From positions 1,578 through 65,577 of the IMG/VR virus record IMGVR_UViG_3300005683_000011: a DNA stretch of 64,000 nucleotides; one strand, written 5' to 3'. The translations under genes and the position numbers were made by a program. How positions within the stretch are numbered: the stretch's first letter is position 1; every line of letters begins with the position of its first letter. Source of the DNA: a virus. Taxonomy: Duplodnaviria > Caudoviricetes. Of this stretch, positions 1 through 9,809 are shown one piece after another. Below the pieces are notes generated by a model. It saw nothing but the letters and a program-made list of their open reading frames with translations, did no database searches and was not told where the DNA came from.

Positions 1-2143
1 CCGCCTCAGCAAGGTTCTGTGCCGCACCAGATGCCCGGTTGCGGATGTTGAACCCAGGCCAGTAGGTTGTCACGTTCGTCTTGAACAGGTTCGTCAGCCA
101 GTCCAGGCCACGAACCATCGGGTTGACAGCCTCCGGTGCCTGGAACGGCTTCAGCACGCGCGTCAGTTCCGTTGCCGCCTCAGCAGGCAGGTACATGCCA
201 GCGAGCGACGTGACGGGCTGCTGCCCCGCCGCCGTCAGCGCCTGGTTCACCCGGTCAAGGATCGCACTCGATGCGCCCACCGGACCACTCTGACCTGTCG
301 CGTAGATGATGTTGTCCGTCAGGCCCGCCCGCTTGATCGCCTCGCTTACCGCCACACCTCCCTGTGGCATCTTGCCGCCCAGTTGAGCCAGGTTCTCCGC
401 GATGAGATCCTGGGACGCCAGCGCCCTCGCACGAACGTCGCCGTACCGCTGAACGTAGTTCATCATCTCGTCGATCGGGTTGTGCCCGAACGGCTTCAGC
501 TTGATCGCCTTGCCAGCACGGTCAAGCAACGTACCGCCCGCCGACTCAGCGAACTGAGCGGGCAGGTTGTCGATGAACTTCGTCAGGCTCATCGCCTGCC
601 GTTCCTGCTGCGCGATGATCTTCGCCAACTCAGTCGCGTTGTTCATCTGGGCAGGCACCAAGCCAGCGGCCACCTGCTCCTGAAGGATCGTCGTTGGATC
701 GCGGAGGTAGTTCTGCTTGATGTACGCCGCGCGGGCTGCGGGGTTGTTGCCGCTGTTGGCAAACACCGACACGTCATCAAGCATCTTGTTCAGGCCAGCG
801 GTGCCGTCAACGATGCCACCAAGGATCGGCTCGCGGCCAGCCTGGAGCGTTGCATCCGTTGCGCGCAGGGCGGACGCCGTGCTACTGCCTGGCAGCGCAC
901 CTGCGTTCTCGATCGCTGTCGCCCACTGACGGGGACCGTACTGCTGCGTGAGGTGGAACGGGTCCATGAACTCGTCCAGCTTCACACCCAACCGCTTCGC
1001 CTCCTGAAGCATTCCCATGTACTCGCCGCGCATCGTGCTGGCGATGTCGTTCACCCTCTGCAACGGGTGCTGCCTCATCCCTTCGAGTACAAGGCGGAAC
1101 TCGTCAGCATCCTTCACGCCAAGTTGGGCAAGCTCGTCACCCCATCCGAGGATCTTCTCCTGCATCTGGCCGACGAACGGAAGGATCTCACCGCTTCTCG
1201 CCTGTGCCGCCTTCTGCCCGATCGCTGTGGTTGCGTCGAAGTTCTTCGCATTGAACAGCGCGCCGAGGTGTCGGCCCGTTGACTCGATCGCCCCAGGTGC
1301 AGCCTTCAATGCGCTGCCGGCCCAGCCAACGGGAGTCAGGTGTTGGTACACCTTGCCCGCGTATGGGATTGCCGACAGCCAATCGTGTGCAGATACGGCA
1401 CCGCCATGCAGCTTGGACAGGCCGGTTCCAACGGCACCAAGAGTGTCAAGGACAGCCTCACCAGACTTGCCCGTGAGGATCGGCGTCTGCCATCGCGTGA
1501 GCGGGATACCGAAAGACGCGAAGCCGGCCAGCGGTTCGTCGATGACGCTCGCCAGCTTGGCTGCCCCACCAGCTGCCGTTTCCGCCGCCCCAGTCAAGCC
1601 AGGAGAGGCTTTGAGGATGTCCCCCATGGTTTGGGTCACTCGCCCGCGCGCGGTCGCTGGGACGGCACCAATCGCCTTGGCGATCTTGCCACCCTCAGTG
1701 AACGCCTTGCCACCCAGGCCACCCAGGTACATGCCAGGGTCAGTCGCAAGCTCCAGGCCCAACCCGCCAAGGAAGTTCCCCCAGTTATCCTCCTTGTCAG
1801 CAACACCCCATTGGCGCAAAAGATCCCTGCCGCTTACCCGTTGGGAGTAGTCGGTTAGACCCGCAACATCCGAGCCAGGGATAACGGAGAGAAGTTCGCG
1901 GAAGTTTCCGCCAAGGGCACCACGGATTGCGCGGCCACCGAACGTCTTCTCAAGGAAGCTACCAACAGCGCCCAGGCCACCAAGGGCAGCCGAGCCGATC
2001 TGGGGAAGTAGCGCCTGCTCTCGCTCCTCTGACATGGGAGCGATGCGAATGTTTTGCTCAGGGTTGGCTGCCTGCCGCGCGAGGTAGTCCTGTTGCTGAA
2101 GTCGCCGCAAGGGAGCCATCGGATCGAGGATGTCGTCGAACAT
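1..2143 (-). CDS. Large internal virion / DNA ejection-type protein, truncated at window edge
   Basis: Absent from the ORF track because it runs off the left edge. I translated it from the ATG at 2143 (TGATG overlap with the upstream stop): MFDDILDPMAPLRRLQQQ...GLTDYSQRVSGRDLLRQWG...ELATDPGMY. Gly/Ala-rich, last of the virion genes. Confidence 0.7.
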   Translation of the reverse strand, partial: MFDDILDPMAPLRRLQQQDYLARQAANPEQNIRIAPMSEEREQALLPQIGSAALGGLGAVGSFLEKTFGGRAIRGALGGNFRELLSVIPGSDVAGLTDYSQRVSGRDLLRQWGVADKEDNWGNFLGGLGLELATDPGMYLGGLGGKAFTEGGKIAKAIGAVPATARGRVTQTMGDILKASPGLTGAAETAAGGAAKLASVIDEPLAGFASFGIPLTRWQTPILTGKSGEAVLDTLGAVGTGLSKLHGGAVSAHDWLSAIPYAGKVYQHLTPVGWAGSALKAAPGAIESTGRHLGALFNAKNFDATTAIGQKAAQARSGEILPFVGQMQEKILGWGDELAQLGVKDADEFRLVLEGMRQHPLQRVNDIASTMRGEYMGMLQEAKRLGVKLDEFMDPFHLTQQYGPRQWATAIENAGALPGSSTASALRATDATLQAGREPILGGIVDGTAGLNKMLDDVSVFANSGNNPAARAAYIKQNYLRDPTTILQEQVAAGLVPAQMNNATELAKIIAQQERQAMSLTKFIDNLPAQFAESAGGTLLDRAGKAIKLKPFGHNPIDEMMNYVQRYGDVRARALASQDLIAENLAQLGGKMPQGGVAVSEAIKRAGLTDNIIYATGQSGPVGASSAILDRVNQALTAAGQQPVTSLAGMYLPAEAATELTRVLKPFQAPEAVNPMVRGLDWLTNLFKTNVTTYWPGFNIRNRASGAAQNLAEA

Positions 2144-2523
2144 CACAGCCCCGGATTAAGGACGCGACACATTAGACAGACAGCAGACAGCTGGTCATCG
2201 TGCGCCGCATCAAGCCAGATGGAGATATTGGTCCACTCGTTGGACCGTAAGGATTCTACCAGAAGGACGAACTCTTTCACAGTACCTTCCAGCTTGAACC
2301 ATTCGCCCTCAAGCCTGTAGTGGTTGAGGTGCCGGTGGATCTTCAGTTCCTCCAGCCGGCTCCCCTTCATCCACACGATCAGCTTCAGCTTCTCTGCGTT
2401 GCCCGTCTGCAACTGCTTCAGCCGATCCTCTGCCGTTCCTGATGTGTACCCTATCTTCACCCTGTTGTTTTCATCCGAGATGAAGTAGATCACTGAACCC
2501 GCCTCCATGTGCCTGAAACCCAT
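2143..2523 (-). CDS. GIY-YIG-like T5orf172/MUG113 family protein
   Basis: VIYFI...VKIGYT....RLKQLQTGN...E..IHR.L..YRLEGEWF motif set. Confidence 0.85.
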   Translation of the reverse strand: MGFRHMEAGSVIYFISDENNRVKIGYTSGTAEDRLKQLQTGNAEKLKLIVWMKGSRLEELKIHRHLNHYRLEGEWFKLEGTVKEFVLLVESLRSNEWTNISIWLDAAHDDQLSAVCLMCRVLNPGL

Positions 2524-2897
2524 TGGTTCTCCGATCCCTCGAAAGTGCCCTTAGTTTTTCCGCGAAGCAACTTGACACTGTATTCCGTAGGCTTGGGTGT
2601 CACCATGAATCCGTCAGAGTCGATGTATGGCACATCCCTGTCGGAATACTCCCTCGTCTCAATCTTGCCACCATACCATCGCCACACGCCGCTCCACTTC
2701 ATATCGCTGTTGCCGCCCGACTTGCAGGTGCAACCGCCATCCTTGTTGAAGGTGTAAATCCAGTGCTGGAACTCACGCTTGATCTCCCACGTTCCAACGA
2801 GTTCGCTCGCTGAAATGGGAGGCGGCTCCCTGTGCTTGGGCACGGGAGCCGCGTAAGAAAAACATGCTAGGATTCCTGACAAGATCAGTGCCCGCAT
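2490..2897 (-). CDS. Exported lipocalin-like protein with a planctomycete-type signal peptide
   Basis: Signal peptide ending AAPVPK, then LVGTWE and W.G.W.W motifs resembling Gemmata paralogous small beta-barrel families. Confidence 0.65.
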   Translation of the reverse strand: MRALILSGILACFSYAAPVPKHREPPPISASELVGTWEIKREFQHWIYTFNKDGGCTCKSGGNSDMKWSGVWRWYGGKIETREYSDRDVPYIDSDGFMVTPKPTEYSVKLLRGKTKGTFEGSENQWVSGTWRRVQ

Positions 2898-3961
2898 TAG
2901 TACGCTCCTGGGAAGGGCGATCCGGTCGGCATCTGCTGCAACCCCTGTAGCCGCTCCATCATACGCATGCGAGCGAGGTGGTTGAACTCAGGCGTCAGGC
3001 CCGTGATGTCCTGAAGGTGCCCGATCATCTGCTCCGAGCCAGGCGTCGGCATCACGCGACCGCCTCGAACGCCTGCCCAGCCGGGAAGCTGGCCTGCCAT
3101 CTGGCCACCTTCGTCCATGAATCCCAGTTCCTGAAGGAGGCCGCTCACCTGGGGATTCACGCGAGCCATATTGTACGGTGCAGCCTTCGCCGCGCCCATA
3201 GCGGAAAGATCGCCAGCGCCCGCGCCAAGGATACTGCCCAGCTGTTCGGCGTTATATCCAGTGTTTGCGATCTCCGGAATCGCAGCCGTTGGAGTAAACG
3301 GAAGCGGAGGCGTCATTGATGGTGCGATTGTCCCGCCCATCCGCGCTGCCACATCGTCAGTCATTCCAAGCGCACCACGCATCGATTGAACCCCTTGACC
3401 TTCATGGGAAAGAATGTTAGCCAGCCTGCTTGGTGCGCTCGTTGCGCCGGCTGCGCGACCAGCCAAGCGACCCAGCATGCCAGCGCCCATGCCGGCATAG
3501 CTCAGGGGATCGCCGAGAACCTCCGCCATAAACCCCAGCCCCTGGTTCAGGCCGGACGACGCATCGCCGCCGAGGATGTTGGCGGACAATTCGGCACCAG
3601 ACTCAGGCCCACCGAGCATCGACCATAGCGCTCGCCGGGGAGCAGAAAGGGCACCGCCGATGTCGCCCATGAGTCGCTCGAAGCCGCCACGATCGTCCGT
3701 CATGCCGATCTCCTGAGCCATCTGCTCAGCACGGGGATCGGGTGCGTACCGAACAGCGGTGTCAGGCACACGCGCGCCAGCGCTCATCGCTCCCTGAGCA
3801 GCGAGTTGCTGCCACGGATCGGTTGACATCATGCCACCCATGGGGCCAGCCAACTCACCCATGTTGACGGGGCGACCTTGCGGGCCACCCATCGCCGAGA
3901 AGAGTTGACCAGCGCCACCCATGGCACCAGCGCCCAGCAATCCAGCAAGCATCGCGTTCAT
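2897..3961 (-). CDS. Gly/Ala/Met-rich virion ejection-type protein (paralog A)
   Basis: 354 aa; SAPRRALW..LGGPE.G...GLGF.AE.L.DPL block shared with the upstream gene. Confidence 0.6.
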   Translation of the reverse strand: MNAMLAGLLGAGAMGGAGQLFSAMGGPQGRPVNMGELAGPMGGMMSTDPWQQLAAQGAMSAGARVPDTAVRYAPDPRAEQMAQEIGMTDDRGGFERLMGDIGGALSAPRRALWSMLGGPESGAELSANILGGDASSGLNQGLGFMAEVLGDPLSYAGMGAGMLGRLAGRAAGATSAPSRLANILSHEGQGVQSMRGALGMTDDVAARMGGTIAPSMTPPLPFTPTAAIPEIANTGYNAEQLGSILGAGAGDLSAMGAAKAAPYNMARVNPQVSGLLQELGFMDEGGQMAGQLPGWAGVRGGRVMPTPGSEQMIGHLQDITGLTPEFNHLARMRMMERLQGLQQMPTGSPFPGAY

Positions 3962-5052
3962 TAGAAGGCTCCCATGCCAAGGGCAGCGCCAAGGGCGCTA
4001 CCGCCACCCAAGCCTGTTCCGACCATTCCCCAGTCGAAGGCACCCATCCCCATCGCATCAGCAGCAGCCTGCCTTGCGGCCACATCGCCCGTTATGGCCT
4101 GCTGCCTCAGCCGATCGGTTACGCCAGCGACACGACGCTGTTGACCCTGGCGGAGGATGTTACCGACAATGTCCTGCCCAATCTCAGCCTGGCCTCGCAT
4201 GCCAGCGGGACGGGTGCGTTGCGCGAGCATCGCAGCCAGTTCGTCCGCGTTGGAACCCATGGGGGACATGAGCAGCTGGTCTGCCGCTCCAACTGGCATC
4301 TGCGGTAGTCCTTCTGGACCAATGGCGACGGCTGACCCGCTGCTGCGCATTGCAGGGTTGCCAGCCTTCGTCATCCCGCCCGTTGGGTAGGACACGGGAG
4401 CCATGCTGGCCCCCTGCGGCAATCTCCCGCCCATGACTTCCAGCCCACCAACCTCGTAGCCAGGAGCAAGAGTTCGCATGGTGCCAGGGGTTCCCCGGCC
4501 TAGACCAGCCGCCTCGAAGGCAGCGATTGTTTCTGGAGTCGCTTGCTGGAACGCCTTCGTTTGGCCCATCGACATCCCGAGCAGGTCAGCCCGCCCGAGA
4601 TCCGTCGCCATCGTAGCTTCCTTCGCAAGCTGTCTGGCCACGTTGCCCTGCTCCTGCAACAGCAGAGCCTCCCGTGCCGCAGTTGCTCCACCTCCACCGA
4701 TCCGAGATGCAGCACCAGCAGCACCGGCAGCATTGGCAGCCTCCGCCGCCTTGGCCGCGTTCAGCGCCTCCATAGCGCCAGCGCCCGCGCGCGATGCGCC
4801 CAACGCACCCTTGAGGAGTGGTGCAGCAAGGATCATATTCAGCGGATCGAGGAGCATCTCGGCACCGAAGCCTAGTCCCCTCGCCACGCCAGAGTTCTCA
4901 TCCATCCCGAACAGTTGGCTCATCAGCTGGTTGCCATGCTCAGGGCCACCAAGGGCACCCCACAGCATACGACGAGGCGCGGACATGACATCCCCGATCG
5001 TACCGAGGATGCCTCTATCCTGAGCGCCCAGGCTGGTGTCTTCTGCACGCAT
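3961..5052 (-). CDS. Gly/Ala/Met-rich virion ejection-type protein (paralog B)
   Basis: 363 aa; SAPRRMLWGALGGPEHG...GLGFGAEMLLDPL; TAATG coupling to paralog A. Confidence 0.6.
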   Translation of the reverse strand: MRAEDTSLGAQDRGILGTIGDVMSAPRRMLWGALGGPEHGNQLMSQLFGMDENSGVARGLGFGAEMLLDPLNMILAAPLLKGALGASRAGAGAMEALNAAKAAEAANAAGAAGAASRIGGGGATAAREALLLQEQGNVARQLAKEATMATDLGRADLLGMSMGQTKAFQQATPETIAAFEAAGLGRGTPGTMRTLAPGYEVGGLEVMGGRLPQGASMAPVSYPTGGMTKAGNPAMRSSGSAVAIGPEGLPQMPVGAADQLLMSPMGSNADELAAMLAQRTRPAGMRGQAEIGQDIVGNILRQGQQRRVAGVTDRLRQQAITGDVAARQAAADAMGMGAFDWGMVGTGLGGGSALGAALGMGAF

Positions 5053-5062
5053 TGCTCACCCC

Positions 5063-6319
5063 TTAGTTCGCACCAAGCGCGGCAAGGATGTCGCCAAGGG
5101 CCGATGCCTCGGCCCTGTAGCGGTTGATCGTATCGCCACGGAAGGTCGGTGTGGCGTACTCAGTTCCTGCCAAGGCTCCAGCGCCTGGCATTGGTGTGTA
5201 GTTCCGTTGGTAAATGAGGGGAGCAACCTCGCCCTCCTTGCCTGGCATCGTCATCGCCACCATGCCGGGCCGCGTGTGCATCTGGATGCCACCGTACCGC
5301 TCGTTCGCATTCCGCCCCTGGATCGAGGTGGCACGCTTCGACAGAGCCAGGGCGATCTCCTCCTTGACCTGCTTGGAAGACTTCGCGCCTGTGCCACGCT
5401 TGAACGCAGCGATAAACTCCGGATCTTTCGCCAACGCCGGGTTCCTGGTCAACTCGCCAACTAGAGCCTCTGCGCTGAACTCACCAGTAGGCTTGCCATC
5501 GGGAGTCACGGAGTAACCCAGGCGACCGAGCGATGCGTCACGCTCACCGATTGCCCGAAGATCCTTGCCCTTGCCATCGTCCTTGCCGTCACCACTAACC
5601 TTCACGTCGCCGCCAGCGGTAATCTTGATCTTGCCATCCTTTGGTGCAAGTTCCTCACGCCGGGAGTTCTCGTAGTCAGCGGAATCCTGGCCACGCTTCT
5701 TGGCAGCTGCGGTAACGTACTCCTCGCTCTTGCCAGCAGTACGCAGCGCCTCGTTGGCGCGGATATGTTCCGCCTTCTCAGCTGCGCGGACGCTCTTGTC
5801 GGCGATCTTCAGCTGGTTCTCCCCACGCATCTTCTCCCGAGCCTCTTCGGAAGCAAGCTGCTGAGGCCCACCAACCTTGACACCCAACTCACGGATGCCA
5901 GCCTCGGAACGCTTCGTGTCAGCGTCGAAAGCGTTCGCACCAATGCCCATCATCTGAGCGAACGCCTGGTCCGCGCGGCCCATCCTTTCGCCCATCGTCT
6001 CGTTCATCCGCATGGGCCGCTCGTCCTCCTGCATCCGACGACGCAGGGCCAGCATCGCATCGATGTTGCCCGATTGAGCGAGTGAGCCGAGATCCTTGGC
6101 GTTGGCGTAGTCACCCTGCCCGCCGCCTAGCTGGATGTACGAGCCAGGCGCAGCATCGCCACGGTCGATCGCGGACCCGCCATAGGTTTGCGGAACCGCT
6201 CGCTTCTTGGCCATCGTCGCCTGGAATGCCTCCATCTGGCGACGACGCTCCTCATCAGGAGTGACGGCGCTGTAGCTGGGCATCCCCGGCATTTCCGTAG
6301 CGTCAACAGGTACGAACAT
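5063..6319 (-). CDS. Putative internal virion/ejection protein
   Basis: 418 aa helical, charged ORF among the ejection-type genes, with a GGAGG-like RBS. Confidence 0.55.
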   Translation of the reverse strand: MFVPVDATEMPGMPSYSAVTPDEERRRQMEAFQATMAKKRAVPQTYGGSAIDRGDAAPGSYIQLGGGQGDYANAKDLGSLAQSGNIDAMLALRRRMQEDERPMRMNETMGERMGRADQAFAQMMGIGANAFDADTKRSEAGIRELGVKVGGPQQLASEEAREKMRGENQLKIADKSVRAAEKAEHIRANEALRTAGKSEEYVTAAAKKRGQDSADYENSRREELAPKDGKIKITAGGDVKVSGDGKDDGKGKDLRAIGERDASLGRLGYSVTPDGKPTGEFSAEALVGELTRNPALAKDPEFIAAFKRGTGAKSSKQVKEEIALALSKRATSIQGRNANERYGGIQMHTRPGMVAMTMPGKEGEVAPLIYQRNYTPMPGAGALAGTEYATPTFRGDTINRYRAEASALGDILAALGAN

Positions 6320-6329
6320 GGCAACCTCC

Positions 6330-7112
6330 TTAGATGGAGCCGATCAGGCTACCAAGGATACTGGACAGGGCACCAACGCCAACCTTGCCTCGCTCGATGC
6401 CCTCGTTCTGCCGTCGAGCGTACTGCTCTTCCTGCGCCTGCTGTGCCTTCAGCAAGTGTTGAGCGTTCTGCCCGGCGACGTTGAATCGTAGATCCTGCTC
6501 GCCCGCCGTGTTGGCCGCGAGGTTGCGACCGTACATGGCTTCCCTCATGGAGCGAACAAGGGGCGAGTTCGACCCTGCCCCTCGACCAGCAGCCTCTCGA
6601 CTCAGCTGCTCCTGCCTCGATGCCATCGCGCGATCGTTCTTCGCGCGCATCGCGTTCACCGCTTCGTTCGTCTGCTGCCCCGAGTAGATCGGTGAGGCTG
6701 CGATCCCCGGTTGCTGGCCCGACGCCTGGCTGGTGTTGTACTGACTCAGGAACTGGCCCGGATTCGACAGCAACCCCTGGACAGAAGGGAACAGCTGGTT
6801 CCACCTCTGCTGCTTGAGCAAGTGCGGGTACTTCGACGCCTCAGACTGCATGCTGGCAATGCTCATCTGGTTGGCATTACCCTCCCTCGCGAGAGCAGCC
6901 TGAAGCGCCTGCGCGCGGTCAGTGGCAGCCTGGTCCAAGCCATACTTCTGCTTGGTCCAGTCCATCGTCTTGCCGAACTGGAAGCGATCCTGGTTCAGCT
7001 TCATCATGGCATCAGGATCGCTGATGCCGCCCATGACGGTGCCTTCGTACATACCAGCGCCTGGGCCGGTCTGCTTGTAAACAACACCTGGGACAGATCC
7101 AAGGAAACCCAT
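6330..7112 (-). CDS. Putative DNA transfer (pilot) protein
   Basis: 260 aa, Gln/Ala-rich, with a Gly-rich amphipathic C-terminus (GVGALSSILGSLIGSI) typical of podovirus ejection proteins. Confidence 0.55.
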   Translation of the reverse strand: MGFLGSVPGVVYKQTGPGAGMYEGTVMGGISDPDAMMKLNQDRFQFGKTMDWTKQKYGLDQAATDRAQALQAALAREGNANQMSIASMQSEASKYPHLLKQQRWNQLFPSVQGLLSNPGQFLSQYNTSQASGQQPGIAASPIYSGQQTNEAVNAMRAKNDRAMASRQEQLSREAAGRGAGSNSPLVRSMREAMYGRNLAANTAGEQDLRFNVAGQNAQHLLKAQQAQEEQYARRQNEGIERGKVGVGALSSILGSLIGSI

Positions 7113-7122
7113 GGTTCACTCC

Positions 7123-7404
7123 TTATCCACTGCGGCGAAGGTGATCCGCCAGCGACGAATGCCTCATGATTCTGGAGTAATCTCCACCGCCTGGATTCGT
7201 ATGCCTCATCGACATACCGTAATCGCCAGCGTAATCAGGACCGCCGGCCCGCGCGATTTGGGCCATTTTAGCGTTCATGTCATCCATGGGCGATAGGAAG
7301 ATAGGGTTGGCTGCAAGCTGCTCAGCCAACGCGCTCCTTCGCCTCTGCTCAAGGGGGTCCATCTGCTGCTGCTGATTGCCCCCCATCTGCGGCATCTGCA
7401 TCAT
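7123..7404 (-). CDS. Small Gln/Met-rich hypothetical virion protein
   Basis: In operon order with short spacers. Confidence 0.5.
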   Translation of the reverse strand: MMQMPQMGGNQQQQMDPLEQRRRSALAEQLAANPIFLSPMDDMNAKMAQIARAGGPDYAGDYGMSMRHTNPGGGDYSRIMRHSSLADHLRRSG

Positions 7405-7407
7405 GGT

Positions 7408-8202
7408 TTACCCCACTGCTCGAATGTAGCTCTTGCCATACTGTCCCACGTTCGGGTCAACACCAAGGAAGCCAAGCTGCTTGGCACGGTTGTACTGCCG
7501 TTGGTTGAAGACATCCTGTGCTGTGTTGTACGCCTGCGCGCCAGCCGGTGTGATGATGCCACCAAGGCGATCAACGCCGTACTGCTGACGCAGGGCCAGC
7601 TGCTCGTTCCTTGCGTCACCAGCGTACCCCTGGTCACGCATCCACTGCATGAAGCCGCCGTAGTTCTGGCCCAGGTTCTGGTTCGTAACCCGGCGGAACT
7701 GGCCCTCGTCGAAGTTCTCGCTCGTGGCGTTCCTGGCTACCTGCTGGTCAACCCACGTCTGGTAGGCGTTCTTCTTCACCGCAGGCGCTGCCGCTGCTGG
7801 AGCCGCACCCGCAGGAGGGTTTCCAAGCTGCTGAGACAGGGCCGACTGCCCGCCCGCCGCAGGAGCAGCTGCTGGCGCTGGCTGCTGGCCCTTCCACTGC
7901 TGGAAGTCGTTGCGAGCCTTGTTGATGTCGCCAGCGAAGAACCCCTTCTGACCGTAATACTGGTTCATGTAGTTGGCCAGTTCGCTTCGTTGCGCGGGCT
8001 GCTGAGCAGTCTGTGCAGCGTTCGGCTGCTGCTGCTGTTGCTGCTGCGTTTGCTGCGCAGGGGTCTGCTGCCTCGTCTGCTGCATCGCTGTCGTTGCAGT
8101 CGGCGAGGTGTAGCTGTACGTCTGCGGGGCCACGTTGGTCGAAGTTTGGTACTTCTTCGCCCCCGGTCCCCAGCCGCCACCAGTCATCGTCACTACTGCC
8201 AT
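7408..8202 (-). CDS. Gln/Ala-rich low-complexity virion protein
   Basis: 264 aa with polyQ and PAPAAA tracts; GGAGG RBS. Confidence 0.55.
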   Translation of the reverse strand: MAVVTMTGGGWGPGAKKYQTSTNVAPQTYSYTSPTATTAMQQTRQQTPAQQTQQQQQQQPNAAQTAQQPAQRSELANYMNQYYGQKGFFAGDINKARNDFQQWKGQQPAPAAAPAAGGQSALSQQLGNPPAGAAPAAAAPAVKKNAYQTWVDQQVARNATSENFDEGQFRRVTNQNLGQNYGGFMQWMRDQGYAGDARNEQLALRQQYGVDRLGGIITPAGAQAYNTAQDVFNQRQYNRAKQLGFLGVDPNVGQYGKSYIRAVG

Positions 8203-8247
8203 GCTTCACCTCCAATCGAGCATTGTAACGCTTGTGTTCGCCAGATA

Positions 8248-9219
8248 CTAGTCAGAGCTAGACTCTTCAAAGAAGTCGAGTATCTCGGATAGCGATGGCG
8301 CGGAGCCGTCACTTCGATACTCAGCGTTCTCCCCCATTTCTGCGACGATAGCTTCTGAAATATCGGCGAAATAGTTAATAAACTGCTCATCAGTAACAGT
8401 GTCATCAACGCCGGTGTCTCCATCGAAAAGGATAGGCACTTGCTCAAGTAAGTCATTCAAGAACGAACACGCCACCGGCGCGCCAAAAATCTCTATATCT
8501 GAAGGAGCAGGCTTAACAAAGACAACCTTGAACTTGTCATACCTGTCAACCATCTCCTTAAACTTAGCCACAGCTGCATTAGTGGCTTCCGTGTTAGGGG
8601 TTACCGACGTTGGAGCGCCAGTATTGGAGCCAACAGACAATGTAGTTTCAATGGTTTCAATCCCAGCTAAGTATCCAGCAAGGCTACATACATCTGCACC
8701 ACCAACCTGAGCGGTATAATCAATCTCCGTGTCCCCCTCGTACTCGCCAATAAACAGTGATGAGTTAAAAACCACCACAAAAACCCTTCCGCCTAAAAAG
8801 GTTTCAGGCTCCAAGATGTACTGTGGATCATCAATCTGTAATGGATGGCCCGCCAAAATCTCAAGTGGCGCTTCGCCTGGCGGGTCAGTTGTGCCTGGAA
8901 GAATTGGGACATCTTCAAGGTCAGCATAGATTAGCGGCAGCGCATCCATGCGTTCTCGAATCGGCCCGCTTACTGGCAGTACATACTCTCCGTTACTCAG
9001 CAAGACGCAAGGAACTTTAAACAGCTGGCCACTAGCTGAAACCAATGGACTCTCATACCTAATGTTCCAGCCTAAAGCCTGGATCTGCGCCTTCAGGTAG
9101 GCGATTGGCAAAGTAGGGTCGGTTGGGTCAGGCTTCTGCCCAACCCTGTTATTCGCTGTGCCGTCGTAGTTAAATCCGGGCAACCTAATTGGGTATCCCC
9201 TACGAATCCGATCAGGCAT
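8248..9219 (-). CDS. Acidic hypothetical protein, lower GC
   Basis: 323 aa ORF, visibly more AT-rich than its neighbours. Confidence 0.6.
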   Translation of the reverse strand: MPDRIRRGYPIRLPGFNYDGTANNRVGQKPDPTDPTLPIAYLKAQIQALGWNIRYESPLVSASGQLFKVPCVLLSNGEYVLPVSGPIRERMDALPLIYADLEDVPILPGTTDPPGEAPLEILAGHPLQIDDPQYILEPETFLGGRVFVVVFNSSLFIGEYEGDTEIDYTAQVGGADVCSLAGYLAGIETIETTLSVGSNTGAPTSVTPNTEATNAAVAKFKEMVDRYDKFKVVFVKPAPSDIEIFGAPVACSFLNDLLEQVPILFDGDTGVDDTVTDEQFINYFADISEAIVAEMGENAEYRSDGSAPSLSEILDFFEESSSD

Positions 9220-9227
9220 CTGTCACC

Positions 9228-9809
9228 TCATAACCAAACAGCGACCTGGCTGTAATACTCAAATACATTTGAGCCATTCGTAACCCTGGCCACAAGCAGA
9301 CCAGTTCCAGCAGGGATGGTTGCGTCTTCATCAATCTGCATAATACGGACAAATCGCCTGGTGGGAGGCTCGCCAGTTCCACGTTCATACACGTCAACCT
9401 CATACAGGTCGCCGCTACCAGACACAACTAATCCTGGGAATCCTCCACCGCCACCTCCACTCACAGTGCCACCTTGGTCAACCGGCTCGCCGTCTCCATC
9501 TACGATTGTGCCGTCGTTGTTATAGATAATCGTCGGGGGGATCTCTGGAAAGTCTGGGATGGTGATGGGAGGGTAATCTGGAAACTGGATTGGAGGAGTA
9601 GGGTTGTTATTAATCTCAATGGTAGGACCATTACCACCATTGTTGATGGTAATTGCAGGCTCTCCTGTGTTATTATTAATAGTGATTGGTTGGTCAAATA
9701 CAATCGGCTCTTCAGAGTTAAAGATAGCGCGCATCTCCTCCGCGAGTTCGTTGGCGTCGTGCCACGACTCCCTCATCAGCCGGATGCTTTGCCGCTTGAG
9801 GAACCCCAT
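9228..9809 (-). CDS. Hypothetical tail-associated protein with Pro/Asn/Ile repeats
   Basis: Follows the nozzle gene with TAATG coupling; PITINNN/PAITINN/PTIEINN repeats. Confidence 0.6.
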   Translation of the reverse strand: MGFLKRQSIRLMRESWHDANELAEEMRAIFNSEEPIVFDQPITINNNTGEPAITINNGGNGPTIEINNNPTPPIQFPDYPPITIPDFPEIPPTIIYNNDGTIVDGDGEPVDQGGTVSGGGGGGFPGLVVSGSGDLYEVDVYERGTGEPPTRRFVRIMQIDEDATIPAGTGLLVARVTNGSNVFEYYSQVAVWL

